Of a stretch of 64,000 bases of DNA, positions 40,548 to 51,012 are shown one piece after another. Location of the stretch: NCBI GenBank assembly GCA_003645455.1, contig QNFE01000003.1:1442-65441 (forward strand). The letters are read 5' to 3'. Position 1 is the first letter of the stretch; every line of letters begins with the position of its first letter. The position numbers and the translations under genes were made by a program. Under the pieces are notes generated by a model. That model was given only the letters and a program-made list of their open reading frames with translations. It searched no databases and had not been told where the DNA came from. This DNA is from Gammaproteobacteria bacterium (GTDB lineage Bacteria > Pseudomonadota > Gammaproteobacteria > QNFE01).

Positions 40548-42836
40548 CTAAGCTTTTTTTCTGTCCATCCACATCAATAGTGGTGGTAAAAATAGAAAAT
40601 CAGCAATAAGTGCCAAAACTATTGTAATGGCGGTTAATAATCCAGTATCAGAATTGATACTAAAACCAGATTGCGACAAGACGGAAAATCCGCCCACCAG
40701 AATTACAGTTGTTACTAATAAAGCGGCTCCTACTGTATTAAAAGCATACCGCACAGCCTCAGGTGCCGGCATATTTTTCTCTCGCCTTGCTCGTAAGTAT
40801 TTGCTTAAAAAGTGAATACTGTCATCAACAACAATGCCAAGCGACATCGAAGTTACCACAGATGCCGCCAATCCAATTTGTCCTACCAATACACCCCAAA
40901 CCCCAAACGCCATCATAGCAGGGGCAATGTTTGGTATAAGGCTTATCATTCCGTGTTTAAATGAACCCAGTGCAAAAATAAGCAAAGCGGATATCATAAT
41001 TAAAGCTACCGCAACACCGCTTAACATACTTTTGATATTTCTCATACCAATATGCGAGAACATCAGCGCAGAACTGGCAGGGTCAATATCAATCTCTGGG
41101 GCATTTTTATCAAACCAAGCTATGGCATCATCTGAGTATTTTATCATATCTTGCGATGAGATAGAGTTTAAAGTTGCAGTTAATTTTAATGAGGACTTAT
41201 CCACATTCATCTGATTGTTAAGGTCTAAACCATAGGGTAGTGACATCTCGTATAATAACAAATATTGAGCGGCCAGATCACGTTTTTCTGGGATTTTATA
41301 CCAAGCCTCATCATCTGAGTGCATATTTTTATTTAATCTTTTTTCAACATCGGTAAAAGAATAGACGTGCAAAGTATCTTTTTTGTTTTTTAGATATTTA
41401 CTAAATTTTTCAACAGTGTGGAGGAATTTAGGGGATGATATGCCACCTGCCTCACGGCTACCCAAAGAAAAATCAATAAAATATAAACCAGTTAAATTAT
41501 CGGTTAATAAGTCTGCTTTTTGGCGAAACTCCATTGAGGTATCAAAATACTCCACCATTTTATCGTTGAGTTGGTTCAGCGGCACTAAACTTATCAAACC
41601 TACAATAACTATTGTCATTGCTATAAAATAACGTTTTTGATATTTTATAACATTAGTTGCCAAGTTATCAATAATTTTATATTTTGCTTGTTGCACTTTG
41701 CCGTGTTTTACTTTGACAGGCAAAAAACTCATCAAAATTGGTAAAATTGTCAAGGACAAAAAGAAAGCATAAATAACTCCTATGGCAGTAATGTTGCCAA
41801 GATCACGAAAAGGTGGTGCATCAGAGAAATTCATACTAAAAAAACCGATAGCAGTAGTAAGCGAAGTTAAAAATATGGGATGAAAATTGATACGAATACT
41901 TTCAACAATTGCCTCATTTTTATTTTTACCCTGTTGCATATGTTGCAACATACTCATCAAAAAGTGGACACAATCTGCCACTGCCAAAGTCAAAATCAAC
42001 AAAGGAGCCGAGGCGGAGGGTGGGCTGAGTTTTATCCCCAACCAGCCTGCGGTGCCCATCGCAGTTATGATTGATAAAACTATAATTAAAAATGTGCCAA
42101 GTGTGCCACTTAATGATTTGGTAAACCAATACAAACCGAGCATAATTATCAAAAATGTAATCGGCACTAAGGTTTGCATATCAGATTTTGATGCCTCTGG
42201 AAATGCATTATTCATCATAACACCACCGGTATCAGTAAATTCAATATCAGGATATTCGGCTCGATATTTTTTTAACATCTCTCGGACAAATGTAGCAATT
42301 TCAGCAATTTCATTGTTATGTGCCCCTGGCAATTGCACCGTAATATTTACCCCTGTGGCATGCCCCGCAGGAGATATAATCCGATTTATCAACAACGGCT
42401 CGGCAAGGGCTATTTTTTTAATTTTTTGAATATAGTTCTTGTTTATGGTCTCTTCTGCATCAATCAAATCACCAACAATCAAATCATCCTCATCAGAATA
42501 AGTATGTTGAAAATTAGCCAATGAATCAACTCGCGAAGAATATGGAGTTTGCCAACTATCTGTTGTGAGTTTTAAAATCGCCTCAAATGTTTGGGCATTA
42601 AAAACATTGCCAGATTTAGGACGAAGCATTATCATCACATTATCATTTTTGTTGTAAGTATCTTGCATCTTATCAAAAGCGATTAGTTGTGGATTATCTT
42701 CGCTAAAAAATATCCTATAATCAGAGCTAAATACCAAATTTTTAGCCCCATATGTTGCCACAGTCGCCAATAACAACATAAAAACCAAAACAGCAAAACG
42801 GTTTTTTAAAATAAAATTGGCATATTTTGTAATCAT
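40548..42836 (-). CDS. MMPL/RND-superfamily transporter
   Basis: 762 aa, two 6-TM bundles with large periplasmic loops. Confidence 0.7.
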   Translation of the reverse strand: MITKYANFILKNRFAVLVFMLLLATVATYGAKNLVFSSDYRIFFSEDNPQLIAFDKMQDTYNKNDNVMIMLRPKSGNVFNAQTFEAILKLTTDSWQTPYSSRVDSLANFQHTYSDEDDLIVGDLIDAEETINKNYIQKIKKIALAEPLLINRIISPAGHATGVNITVQLPGAHNNEIAEIATFVREMLKKYRAEYPDIEFTDTGGVMMNNAFPEASKSDMQTLVPITFLIIMLGLYWFTKSLSGTLGTFLIIVLSIITAMGTAGWLGIKLSPPSASAPLLILTLAVADCVHFLMSMLQHMQQGKNKNEAIVESIRINFHPIFLTSLTTAIGFFSMNFSDAPPFRDLGNITAIGVIYAFFLSLTILPILMSFLPVKVKHGKVQQAKYKIIDNLATNVIKYQKRYFIAMTIVIVGLISLVPLNQLNDKMVEYFDTSMEFRQKADLLTDNLTGLYFIDFSLGSREAGGISSPKFLHTVEKFSKYLKNKKDTLHVYSFTDVEKRLNKNMHSDDEAWYKIPEKRDLAAQYLLLYEMSLPYGLDLNNQMNVDKSSLKLTATLNSISSQDMIKYSDDAIAWFDKNAPEIDIDPASSALMFSHIGMRNIKSMLSGVAVALIMISALLIFALGSFKHGMISLIPNIAPAMMAFGVWGVLVGQIGLAASVVTSMSLGIVVDDSIHFLSKYLRARREKNMPAPEAVRYAFNTVGAALLVTTVILVGGFSVLSQSGFSINSDTGLLTAITIVLALIADFLFLPPLLMWMDRKKA

Positions 42837-43276
42837 TTTTTAACCTCTTGTGGAATCCATGTTTGAGTGCGATAAAAAAAAGCTACATAACCACGAACTT
42901 TTAATTTACCATTTTCAAACCACATCTTGCAATCATATTCTTTGCCTTTTTTTGGTGAATATATTGTGCCACCTGAATACTCTTTGCCATCTTTTTTTAG
43001 ATTTTCTAAAATTATCATACCTATTATTTTTTTATTTTTTCTTTTGCCTGTGCATTTATCACATATTGGGTCTTGCTCTTCTGACTTTTTGCGGAATAAT
43101 TTAATAATTTTGCCATAAAATGCACCGTTTTTTTGATAAATTTGCACAATAGATTTTGCAGTGCCTGTCTCATCATCAATTGTTTTGTAGGTTCCTGTTA
43201 GTGGATCTGTGGTTGCCATAACATTATAACTGCTTATCAACAAAAATAAACCTATAATTTTAAATAAAGTTTTCAT
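42833..43276 (-). CDS. DUF2147-family secreted protein
   Basis: Signal peptide; conserved C..C pattern. Confidence 0.45.
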   Translation of the reverse strand: MKTLFKIIGLFLLISSYNVMATTDPLTGTYKTIDDETGTAKSIVQIYQKNGAFYGKIIKLFRKKSEEQDPICDKCTGKRKNKKIIGMIILENLKKDGKEYSGGTIYSPKKGKEYDCKMWFENGKLKVRGYVAFFYRTQTWIPQEVKK

Positions 43277-43305
43277 GATTCTCTCCTGTTTTAAAAAATA
43301 AAAAA

Positions 43306-44091
43306 CTACATATTGTTATGTAGTCTCTCATACTCATCAGCAAAAATATTGTTTTGCAAATCTGCTTTGATTTTGTTACAATCAATTGCATCTGATAAGG
43401 GTTGCCAATTTAACCCATCTAAGGTTGAATTGATCATGCTTAATGTGGCAGAATCTGTGTCATCTACACCAAGATTTTGCCAGTTTATATCTGTTGTTGC
43501 TAACAATGCACCTCCGTATACTTGTGACCACAAGCCATACAAAATTTTCTCAGAACTAATGGATTTAGGAGGTATCAATTCTTTGTTATCAAAAGCCTTT
43601 TTTATAATATTGTTTATTATACCAATAACCAAAACTTCTTTTTTTTTAATCTGCTCTAAGGTTGCAGGCTGTAATTTAGCCAATATGTGGGATGAGCGCA
43701 TTATTTGCATATTTTTAAAATCATCAGGATGTAGGCGATTTAATAACTGGTAAGTAAAAAATATCGCTATTATTTTTTGACGAGTTGAACCCTCATAATT
43801 AGCCACTTTTTGAAAAAAATCAATGTGGCTATCAATACAACAGGTGCATAAATCTGCCACAATTTCTTCTTTGTTGGCATAATGTAAATAAATCGTGCCT
43901 TTGGAGCATTGGATTTCTTTGGCAATTTTGTCCATAGACAAACCAGCAAAACCATCAGTTGATAGGATTTTGCGAGCAACATCTAAAACCAGATTCTTTC
44001 TGTTATTTATTTCTTGTTGTTTGCGTGATAATTTTTTGCAGCAAAATTTATCAGCAATTTTGTTCAATAAATCATTCAATGTTATCTCCAA
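43306..44091 (-). CDS. TetR-family transcriptional regulator
   Basis: N-terminal HTH FAGLSMDKIAKEIQCSKGTIYLHYANKEEIV. Confidence 0.6.
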   Translation of the reverse strand: MEITLNDLLNKIADKFCCKKLSRKQQEINNRKNLVLDVARKILSTDGFAGLSMDKIAKEIQCSKGTIYLHYANKEEIVADLCTCCIDSHIDFFQKVANYEGSTRQKIIAIFFTYQLLNRLHPDDFKNMQIMRSSHILAKLQPATLEQIKKKEVLVIGIINNIIKKAFDNKELIPPKSISSEKILYGLWSQVYGGALLATTDINWQNLGVDDTDSATLSMINSTLDGLNWQPLSDAIDCNKIKADLQNNIFADEYERLHNNM

Positions 44092-44234
44092 ATAATATTA
44101 TTTTGACTATTCGTCAAATAATGACAATGTGTCAATTATAGTAATATTATTTGAAAAGTCAACTTTTTTTACAATAAAATTAAAAATAAATTGATATATA
44201 TCGGTTATTTTATGTATAATCTCCATTTTGTTAC

Positions 44235-44331
44235 GAGACCTTTGCATAATTCAAGTGCTGTTTAGAATAATAAGAAAATAGTGCATATTTTATTGTTGTT
44301 ATAAATTGTGCTTGAATTATGCAAAGGTCTC
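44235..44331. repeat. MITE family 2 copy
   Basis: Near-identical to the internal part of 45640..45796. Confidence 0.65.
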
Positions 44332-44361
44332 GTTACATTTTTAAATTTAAATAATTATGCT

Positions 44362-45630
44362 ATGCTCAAAAATAATGTAGTGCTATTTTCCGCTTTATTT
44401 GTTGTGTTTTTTATATCGTCCTGCTCGGCTGATTTAAAAAAAGATGCAGAAATTAAACAGAACACCGAACAACAAAATGTAGCTAAAAAAACAGCCGTAA
44501 CCGAACAACAAAATGTAGCTAAAAAAACAGCCGTAACCGAACAACAAAATGTAGCTAAAAAAACAGCCGTAACCGAACAACAAAATGTAGCTAAAAAAAC
44601 AGCCACAGAAGATAAATTGATAGAATCGGAGTGGCCAATAGAAGCAAATATAGACACAAAAGAAACAACAAATCAAAAAGTTTTAGTAAAAAATAATGAA
44701 ACAGAAAGCGATAAAATATCTTCAATTAAATACTATAAAAAATTAAATAATAAATATCGAAAAATCGAAAAATATACTATAGAAGTGGATGCGCCATTAA
44801 TAAAAAACAATGAATTTCCTGTGTCCCTACCTTATTACAACGATCTTTTGACTGGTAAAAATAAACTCAAAGCAATATTGATGATACCGATGAAGCTTAC
44901 CATCACTAATTCAGCCCAACGGCGTCTGTTTACTATTTTTACTCAAAAATCAAAATCAACACTTAAAATTGGCACAAAATTAATAAAAGTAAAGCAGGTT
45001 TTTATAGAAAAAAATCAAGAGAGAGAAAATGATTTAGCTGTTTTTGTGGGAAACAACAAACAGATATATCATACAAAAAAATCAAAATCAAAATATATTA
45101 TAAAATTTTTTCTGCCTGTAAATCACAAGCATTTTAATGACGGTTTTATTAAAGTTTCAATAGCATCAACCAATGGCATAGAATTAACAAAAATTTGTGA
45201 AAAACATATTACATGTATAAAACCTGCCTTTATTAAAATATTGCCAAGATATGTTCATTACAATTTTGATGTGGCAAATACTTCGGGCTTTAATAGGAAC
45301 AAACCAAAACAAAAATTTACCATTAGTAGTTCTAATGTAAATTTATTAATAAAAGAAAACGGTAAGAAAAAAACAACTATATATTATCATAAGTTACCTG
45401 CATCATTTACAGTTAAATACGATGCAAAAAAAAGTAAATTTAATCGCAGTTTGATAAGAAAGTCTTTTATTGTAATAAAAAATAATTTGGATATATATCC
45501 CATAATACCCTATATGTCATCTGATAAGTATTCTATTGATGATGTGATAACAATAACTAATTTGACATCAAAACAAGAGTTGACCACACAGACAATTAAT
45601 AGAGTCAAAAAAATGTCTACAAAACATTAA
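44362..45630 (+). CDS. Lipoprotein, paralog 1 of a tandem three-gene family (DIYPIIPYMSSD C-terminal motif), with 36-nt in-frame tandem repeat
   Basis: Lipobox ISSC; (TAVTEQQNVAKK)x4; shared domain with 45810..46703 and 46768..47850. Confidence 0.5.
   Translation: MLKNNVVLFSALFVVFFISSCSADLKKDAEIKQNTEQQNVAKKTAVTEQQNVAKKTAVTEQQNVAKKTAVTEQQNVAKKTATEDKLIESEWPIEANIDTKETTNQKVLVKNNETESDKISSIKYYKKLNNKYRKIEKYTIEVDAPLIKNNEFPVSLPYYNDLLTGKNKLKAILMIPMKLTITNSAQRRLFTIFTQKSKSTLKIGTKLIKVKQVFIEKNQERENDLAVFVGNNKQIYHTKKSKSKYIIKFFLPVNHKHFNDGFIKVSIASTNGIELTKICEKHITCIKPAFIKILPRYVHYNFDVANTSGFNRNKPKQKFTISSSNVNLLIKENGKKKTTIYYHKLPASFTVKYDAKKSKFNRSLIRKSFIVIKNNLDIYPIIPYMSSDKYSIDDVITITNLTSKQELTTQTINRVKKMSTKH
44467..44606 (+). 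repeat. 36-nt perfect tandem repeat x3.9 inside coding sequence (VNTR)
   Basis: GAACAACAAAATGTAGCTAAAAAAACAGCCGTAACC repeated head to tail. Confidence 0.85.
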
Positions 45631-45639
45631 AACCATTTT

Positions 45640-45796
45640 GAGACCTTTGCATAATTCAAGTGCGATTTAAATAATAAGAAAATAGTGCATATTTTATTAA
45701 AAAAGAGGAAAATAGCTTGCTATTTGACAAGTTTTTTGGTAAAATAGGTGCATTTTATTGTTGTTATAAATTGTGCTTGAATTATGCAAAGGTCTC
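45640..45796. repeat. MITE family 2 copy
   Basis: TIR GAGACCTTTGCATAATTCAAGTGC...GCTTGAATTATGCAAAGGTCTC. Confidence 0.65.
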
Positions 45797-45809
45797 ACTT
45801 TATGCTATT

Positions 45810-46703
45810 ATGCTTACAAACTATTTAAAAATTGCCATTATGTTGCCACTATTTATGCAAGTTATTGTAGCTTGCTCTTCTGCTGAAACATATGTCATAG
45901 AATTACAGGCTCCACTTATAGATAACAACGAATTTCCAGTTGCTATTGATTATTATAACGACTTATTGGATAACAAAAATAAATTAAAAGCTTACTTGTT
46001 GGTGCCAGTTAAACTTACAATTACTGGCTCACAAAAAAGAAGGTTGTTTACAATTTATACCATGAACTCCAATTCTAAATTAAAATTTGGCACAGATTTA
46101 TTAAAAATTAACCAAGTGCATCTAACTAAAAAACAAATAAAAGTAGCCAATTTACAAACTTTTATCGGTCCAGATAAAAATATTTACCATACAAAAAAAT
46201 CAGATACAACTAATATTATAAAATTCAAAATACCTATCACCCACAAACACTTCAATGGCGGATCTGTGAAGATTCTTGTCGGATCTAGCAACGGCACAGA
46301 GCTCTCAAACATATGTGAACTAAATTCAAAATGTATGAAAGATGCATCTTTTACTATTAAACCTAGATACATTAAGTACGGTTTTAAGTTAAATGGAGGC
46401 TCTAACTACATACATTATGCGCCAACACACACAAATAAAGTTTATAAATCAAATGTGGACCTACATATCTTTAAAAACAACATTAAAAGAAATACATTGC
46501 TCCGCGAAGATTTACCAGCTTCATTTTCTGTGGGATACAATAAAAACAATCAAAAATATACCATAGATATTCGTCCTATAATTCCTTATATGTCATCTGA
46601 TGCATATCACAGTAATGATAAAATTATAAGCACATACTCAGTATCTAAACCGATATTAGATTACAAAAACATCAAAAAAGCAGAAAAATTATTAGATAAT
46701 TAA
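45810..46703 (+). CDS. Lipoprotein, paralog 2
   Basis: Lipobox VACS; NNEFPVAIDYYNDLL...KLKAYLLVPVKLTITGSQKRRLFTIYT shared block. Confidence 0.5.
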   Translation: MLTNYLKIAIMLPLFMQVIVACSSAETYVIELQAPLIDNNEFPVAIDYYNDLLDNKNKLKAYLLVPVKLTITGSQKRRLFTIYTMNSNSKLKFGTDLLKINQVHLTKKQIKVANLQTFIGPDKNIYHTKKSDTTNIIKFKIPITHKHFNGGSVKILVGSSNGTELSNICELNSKCMKDASFTIKPRYIKYGFKLNGGSNYIHYAPTHTNKVYKSNVDLHIFKNNIKRNTLLREDLPASFSVGYNKNNQKYTIDIRPIIPYMSSDAYHSNDKIISTYSVSKPILDYKNIKKAEKLLDN

Positions 46704-46767
46704 ATAAATATGTTTTTTAATATTTTTATTATGGTATAGTAGGACACTCTTTTCTTAGGAATTTATT

Positions 46768-47850
46768 ATGTTTAAAAATTATTTAAAGTATCTGTTATTA
46801 TTATCTTTTCTTGCTGTATTCACAGTCGGTTGCTCATCCAATCAAGAAGAAGAATCTATTGATGATGAGACTGTTGTGGAGGGTGCTGTTGAAAAACCAG
46901 ACAACAAAAAACAGTCTAAAACAACAAAACGAGCAAATGAAAATAGTAATAATGTCACAAGTATAAAAGGCAAAAAGGCATTGCCAGAAAAATATACTCT
47001 AGAAGTTGTAGCACCAAAAATAGACAACAATGTATTTCCAGTTCCAGTTAAATATTTTGATGATTTGTTGACTCATAATGGCAAACTAAAAGCAGTTTTG
47101 ATGGTACCAATGAAACTTACTATTGAAAACACTCGTGAGCGTCGCCTGTTGACAATCTATACTCAAAATGTTAATTCACAAGTTCCATATGGTGCTGATT
47201 TAAGATCCATAAAACAACTTAATTTATCAAAAACGGAAAAGCATAGAGCGAATCTCTTAACTTTTGTAGGGCCAAATAAAAAAATATTTCGCACCGCAAG
47301 CTCTGCTACAACTCAGGTTGTAAATTTTAACTTACCAATAACTCACCAACATTTTCACGAAGGTCATGTCAAGGTGCTTGTAGGCTCATCAAATGGGGTG
47401 CAATTAACTGAAATTTGTGAGGTTAATAATACAGAATGTCTGACGAGTGCAACTTTTAAAGTCGTGCCAAGAGCCGTTCAATATTCCTTGGTGGCCACGG
47501 ATAAATCATATTTTTTCAACCCCAGTCCTAATCAAAAATTTAAAATATTGAAATCAAATGTGGATGTGCAAGTAAATGAAAATAATGTGCAAAAGGCGAT
47601 TGTTTCTCGTAAAAAATTGCCTGCTGAATTTCTTGTAGCTTATGTTACTCAAAAATTTAGACCTCATTTGGTGAATAGTGCAATGCCAAAATCAAGAGTG
47701 AATAACATGGACATATATCCTGTTATTTATTATATGTCATCAAATGCTTATAAGCCATCTGATGTAATTATTTCAACTCACTCTTCAACCCGTCCTGATA
47801 TTACAGTCCGTAATGCTGCAAGAGCGGTTAAAATTTTACAAAAAAAATAG
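46768..47850 (+). CDS. Lipoprotein, paralog 3
   Basis: Lipobox TVGCS; same conserved blocks; C-terminal DIYPVIYYMSSNAY. Confidence 0.5.
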   Translation: MFKNYLKYLLLLSFLAVFTVGCSSNQEEESIDDETVVEGAVEKPDNKKQSKTTKRANENSNNVTSIKGKKALPEKYTLEVVAPKIDNNVFPVPVKYFDDLLTHNGKLKAVLMVPMKLTIENTRERRLLTIYTQNVNSQVPYGADLRSIKQLNLSKTEKHRANLLTFVGPNKKIFRTASSATTQVVNFNLPITHQHFHEGHVKVLVGSSNGVQLTEICEVNNTECLTSATFKVVPRAVQYSLVATDKSYFFNPSPNQKFKILKSNVDVQVNENNVQKAIVSRKKLPAEFLVAYVTQKFRPHLVNSAMPKSRVNNMDIYPVIYYMSSNAYKPSDVIISTHSSTRPDITVRNAARAVKILQKK

Positions 47851-47872
47851 GAGTTTTAATTTTTTATATTTA

Positions 47873-47905
47873 AAAGGCACTCGATTGTGAGTGCCTTTTT
47901 TTTAT
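47873..47905. terminator. Bidirectional rho-independent terminator
   Basis: AAAAGGCACTCGATTGTGAGTGCCTTTTTTTT: 7-bp stem plus T-run, between convergent genes. Confidence 0.6.
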
Positions 47906-48594
47906 TTAAAAACATTGTTGATTGATAACAGTTGTTTTGTAAGATGTGGTCTTATTAAAGTTTTTGCTATTTCTTTTATTTGCCAGTAATTGACTGCAAC
48001 ATCATATTTTTTTTGTAGCAATTGTAATATTATGGATCCACTATAGGACAAAAGTTTTTTGTCGTATGCGATAGTTACCCCTCTTTGAGGAAATATGTGA
48101 TAAAAACAATCTTTTTTAATTGGTTCTGTGTTTTTAAAATCATACGAAAAATCTAGACCAAACCCTAAAAATTCAATTAAACTAAATTCAAAATTCCTTA
48201 AAACCTGATGAATGTTGATATTCTGATTTAAATCTTTCAAGGTATTTTTGTATAAATAAAAAATAACAGGGCATCCGAGACTGTGTGGTAGCAAGCGGTA
48301 TATTAACTCATTTAAATAAATAGCACTCATAAGCTTGACCCCTTTTAATCTGTGATATCTGTTGTCTGTTGCCTCCCATTTGCTGGCAACTGATAATTTT
48401 TGATTATCTCTGTAGGATACTGCCAAAGCAGTAAATGGTTGCAAGCATAAGAACTTGTGTTTTTTAGATTGTTTTGCACCTTTTGCTAACAGGCTTATCA
48501 TTCCATAATCACGGCTTAATAGTTTTAATATTTTGCTGTTATTGCCGTAATTTATGTGGTGCATTATAAAACATGGTTGCTTAAAAACATTCAT
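47902..48594 (-). CDS. recO: DNA repair protein RecO
   Basis: Size and position downstream of era; N-terminal OB-fold region pattern. Confidence 0.65.
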   Translation of the reverse strand: MNVFKQPCFIMHHINYGNNSKILKLLSRDYGMISLLAKGAKQSKKHKFLCLQPFTALAVSYRDNQKLSVASKWEATDNRYHRLKGVKLMSAIYLNELIYRLLPHSLGCPVIFYLYKNTLKDLNQNINIHQVLRNFEFSLIEFLGFGLDFSYDFKNTEPIKKDCFYHIFPQRGVTIAYDKKLLSYSGSIILQLLQKKYDVAVNYWQIKEIAKTLIRPHLTKQLLSINNVFK

Positions 48595-49463
48595 CTGTTT
48601 TTAAAAGTTTCTTCAAAAATATTTGTTTTTAATTTTACCCATGTTTTTAAAAAAACCTTTTTATCAAAAAACTTTTCCAAAGATTGACGAGAATTTGTTG
48701 CAATTTGTTTTAATTTGCTACCATTTTTACCAATTATAATAGCCTTGTGATGTGTTTTTTCCACTAATATTACAGCTGATATTTTTACCATATTATTTTC
48801 TTCTATTATTTTTTCAATCTCAACCACTAATTGATAGGGCAGTTCTTGGTCTAATTGTTTTGTTAATTGCTCGCGAACGATTTCCGCACAAAGAAAATTG
48901 GTAGATTTATCTGTCAGCTCATCATTATTATAGATAAAATCAATTTTAGGTAAAAATGGTTGTATTTGATTTTTTAACAAGTCAATTGATATATTTTTTT
49001 TTGCAGATAAGGGTATAATTTGTGAAAAATTAAATAACTTATCTAATTTACTAATTTGCAACAACAGAACATTCTTATCTTTTATTAAGTCAATTTTTGT
49101 TAAAACCAACAAAACAGGAATATTTATTTTATGTTCAGTCATATGGTCTATAATTTTTTTATCTTCATTTGTAATTTTATTGGCTTGAATTAACAACAAC
49201 ACACAATCGACATCCTTTACGACAGATAGGGCAGTGCGATTTAATATTTGGTTAAATGTTTTAGTTTTCCCTAAATGAATTCCCGGTGTATCCATATAAA
49301 TGTATTGGCAAGTTTTTTGGGTATCTATTCCAATTATGTTGTCTCGTGTGGTTTGGACTTTTGATGCAGTTATCGATAATTTTGTTTTTAATATAGAGTT
49401 TAGAAGAGTTGACTTTCCTACATTTGGACGACCTATAATGGCAATAAACCCACACTGCTTCAT
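48591..49463 (-). CDS. era: GTPase Era
   Basis: GRPNVGKSTLLN G1 motif; DTPG; C-terminal KH. Confidence 0.85.
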   Translation of the reverse strand: MKQCGFIAIIGRPNVGKSTLLNSILKTKLSITASKVQTTRDNIIGIDTQKTCQYIYMDTPGIHLGKTKTFNQILNRTALSVVKDVDCVLLLIQANKITNEDKKIIDHMTEHKINIPVLLVLTKIDLIKDKNVLLLQISKLDKLFNFSQIIPLSAKKNISIDLLKNQIQPFLPKIDFIYNNDELTDKSTNFLCAEIVREQLTKQLDQELPYQLVVEIEKIIEENNMVKISAVILVEKTHHKAIIIGKNGSKLKQIATNSRQSLEKFFDKKVFLKTWVKLKTNIFEETFKNR

Positions 49464-50140
49464 TTATTTTTTATCTCAATTAGGGCTTCTTTGGCAGCTT
49501 TTTGTTCTGCTTTTTTGCGGCTTTTATCACGACCACTTGTTTTTATTCTTAAGGATTCAATAAAGCAACCAACAATAAAGTCTTGTTCGTGTGCCATTCC
49601 TTCTGTTTTTAGTAATTCATATGAGGGTAAATCTAATTTTTGAGATTGCAGATATTCTTGTAATATTGTTTTGGAATCTTTGAGTGATTTTAGATCAGGA
49701 ACAGCATTCAATCTATTACGATACAGATTAACTATTACATTTTGAGTAGTATCCATATTATAATAACTATCGAGATATATGGCGCCTATTATAGCCTCCA
49801 AAGCATCAGCTAAGATAGATTCACAGCGGAAACCTCCTGATTTTTTCTCTCCACTACCGAGATATAAAAAATCTCCAAGATCTATTTTATTGGCTATTGC
49901 ACAAAGAGTTTCTTTGCGAACCATGCTAGCACGCAGACGAGATAACTCCCCTTCTTTTAAGTTTGTGTGTCGCTTATAAATTTCACTAGTAATGACAAAA
50001 TTTAAAATACTGTCTCCTAAAAATTCCAATCTCTCGTTGTTTGTTTGTGATGCACTACGATGAGTTATAGAATTCCTTAATAGTTCCAAACTATTAAAGC
50101 GGTATTTTAAATTTTTCTCTAATATTTCAACATTATTCAT
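49460..50140 (-). CDS. rnc: Ribonuclease III
   Basis: ERLEFLGDSILNFVITSEIY signature; start at internal MNNVEIL. Confidence 0.85.
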   Translation of the reverse strand: MNNVEILEKNLKYRFNSLELLRNSITHRSASQTNNERLEFLGDSILNFVITSEIYKRHTNLKEGELSRLRASMVRKETLCAIANKIDLGDFLYLGSGEKKSGGFRCESILADALEAIIGAIYLDSYYNMDTTQNVIVNLYRNRLNAVPDLKSLKDSKTILQEYLQSQKLDLPSYELLKTEGMAHEQDFIVGCFIESLRIKTSGRDKSRKKAEQKAAKEALIEIKNK

Positions 50141-50166
50141 AATAAAAAATTTAAAAAAAAAGCATA

Positions 50167-50757
50167 TTATAACAAAATAGCAGGTAATTTTAAATTTTCT
50201 TTTGACAACATCGATATTAACCTTATCAGAGGTAGGCCCATAAGGGCAGTAGGGTCGTGTGATTCTATTGTTTTTAATAGACAAATACCTAATCCCTCCG
50301 ACTTGAAGCTACCAGCACAATTATATGGCTTTTCTGTAAATAAATAATTTTCTATTGTTTTTTTGCTATTGTTTCTAAAATGGACGATAGTTTCGATGTT
50401 TGCCACTTGAAAATTATTTGTTTTTGAGTTCAATAAACATATTCCTGAATGAAATTTAACACTGTTATTTGAAAAATTTGTCAACTGCTCTATCGCTTTT
50501 TGATGAGTCAGTGGTTTCCCTATAATTAAATCATTATAGGTTGCAACTTGATCGCCTCCAATGATTAAAGCATCTGTAAAATTTTTTTTTAAACTATCTG
50601 CTTTTTTTATACTTAGTCTTTGCACTAAATCTGATGCTTTTTCATATTTTAGTGGGGTTTCATCGCAGCATGGGGCAACAGCTTCAAAAGGTATTTGTAA
50701 TCTTTTTAATAAATTCTCTCGAATCTCTGATGTGGATGATAAGATAATTTTTTGCAT
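50167..50757 (-). CDS. maf: Maf-like nucleoside triphosphate pyrophosphatase
   Basis: ILSSTSEIRENLLKRL...IIGGDQV Maf motifs. Confidence 0.65.
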   Translation of the reverse strand: MQKIILSSTSEIRENLLKRLQIPFEAVAPCCDETPLKYEKASDLVQRLSIKKADSLKKNFTDALIIGGDQVATYNDLIIGKPLTHQKAIEQLTNFSNNSVKFHSGICLLNSKTNNFQVANIETIVHFRNNSKKTIENYLFTEKPYNCAGSFKSEGLGICLLKTIESHDPTALMGLPLIRLISMLSKENLKLPAILL

Positions 50758-50820
50758 TTTTTTTGTATTTTAATTATAAATTTGTTATTATACACTTTTT
50801 ATTTTTTATGGAAATTTAAT

Positions 50821-51012
50821 ATGAATCAACAGTATCGTGACACAACCACAAAAATGGAAGAAGCTGGTGTTAAAACTGACTACATAATAGGTTGGCAAGG
50901 TGGCTTTATGAAGCATCCAAAACGAGAAGAACAAAGACTTACCGAAGCCTATGAGGCAGGATACAATGACGGTTATGAGGGTAAAAATGAATCCTACGCT
51001 AACTGGTCGTAA
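50821..51012 (+). CDS. rmf: Ribosome modulation factor-like small protein
   Basis: GWQGGF...EAGYNDGYEG resembles RMF motifs; 63 aa. Confidence 0.35.
   Translation: MNQQYRDTTTKMEEAGVKTDYIIGWQGGFMKHPKREEQRLTEAYEAGYNDGYEGKNESYANWS

Noticed and set aside
40627-42524. Six plus-strand ORFs (62-180 aa) across the MMPL transporter region
   Set aside because: They are antisense to a well-supported 762-aa MMPL gene and low-complexity; typical shadow ORFs.
44355-44676. Two minus-strand ORFs with repetitive FLATFCCSVTAV / GCFFSYILLFGY sequence
   Set aside because: They are the antisense reading of the 36-nt coding VNTR in lipoprotein paralog 1.
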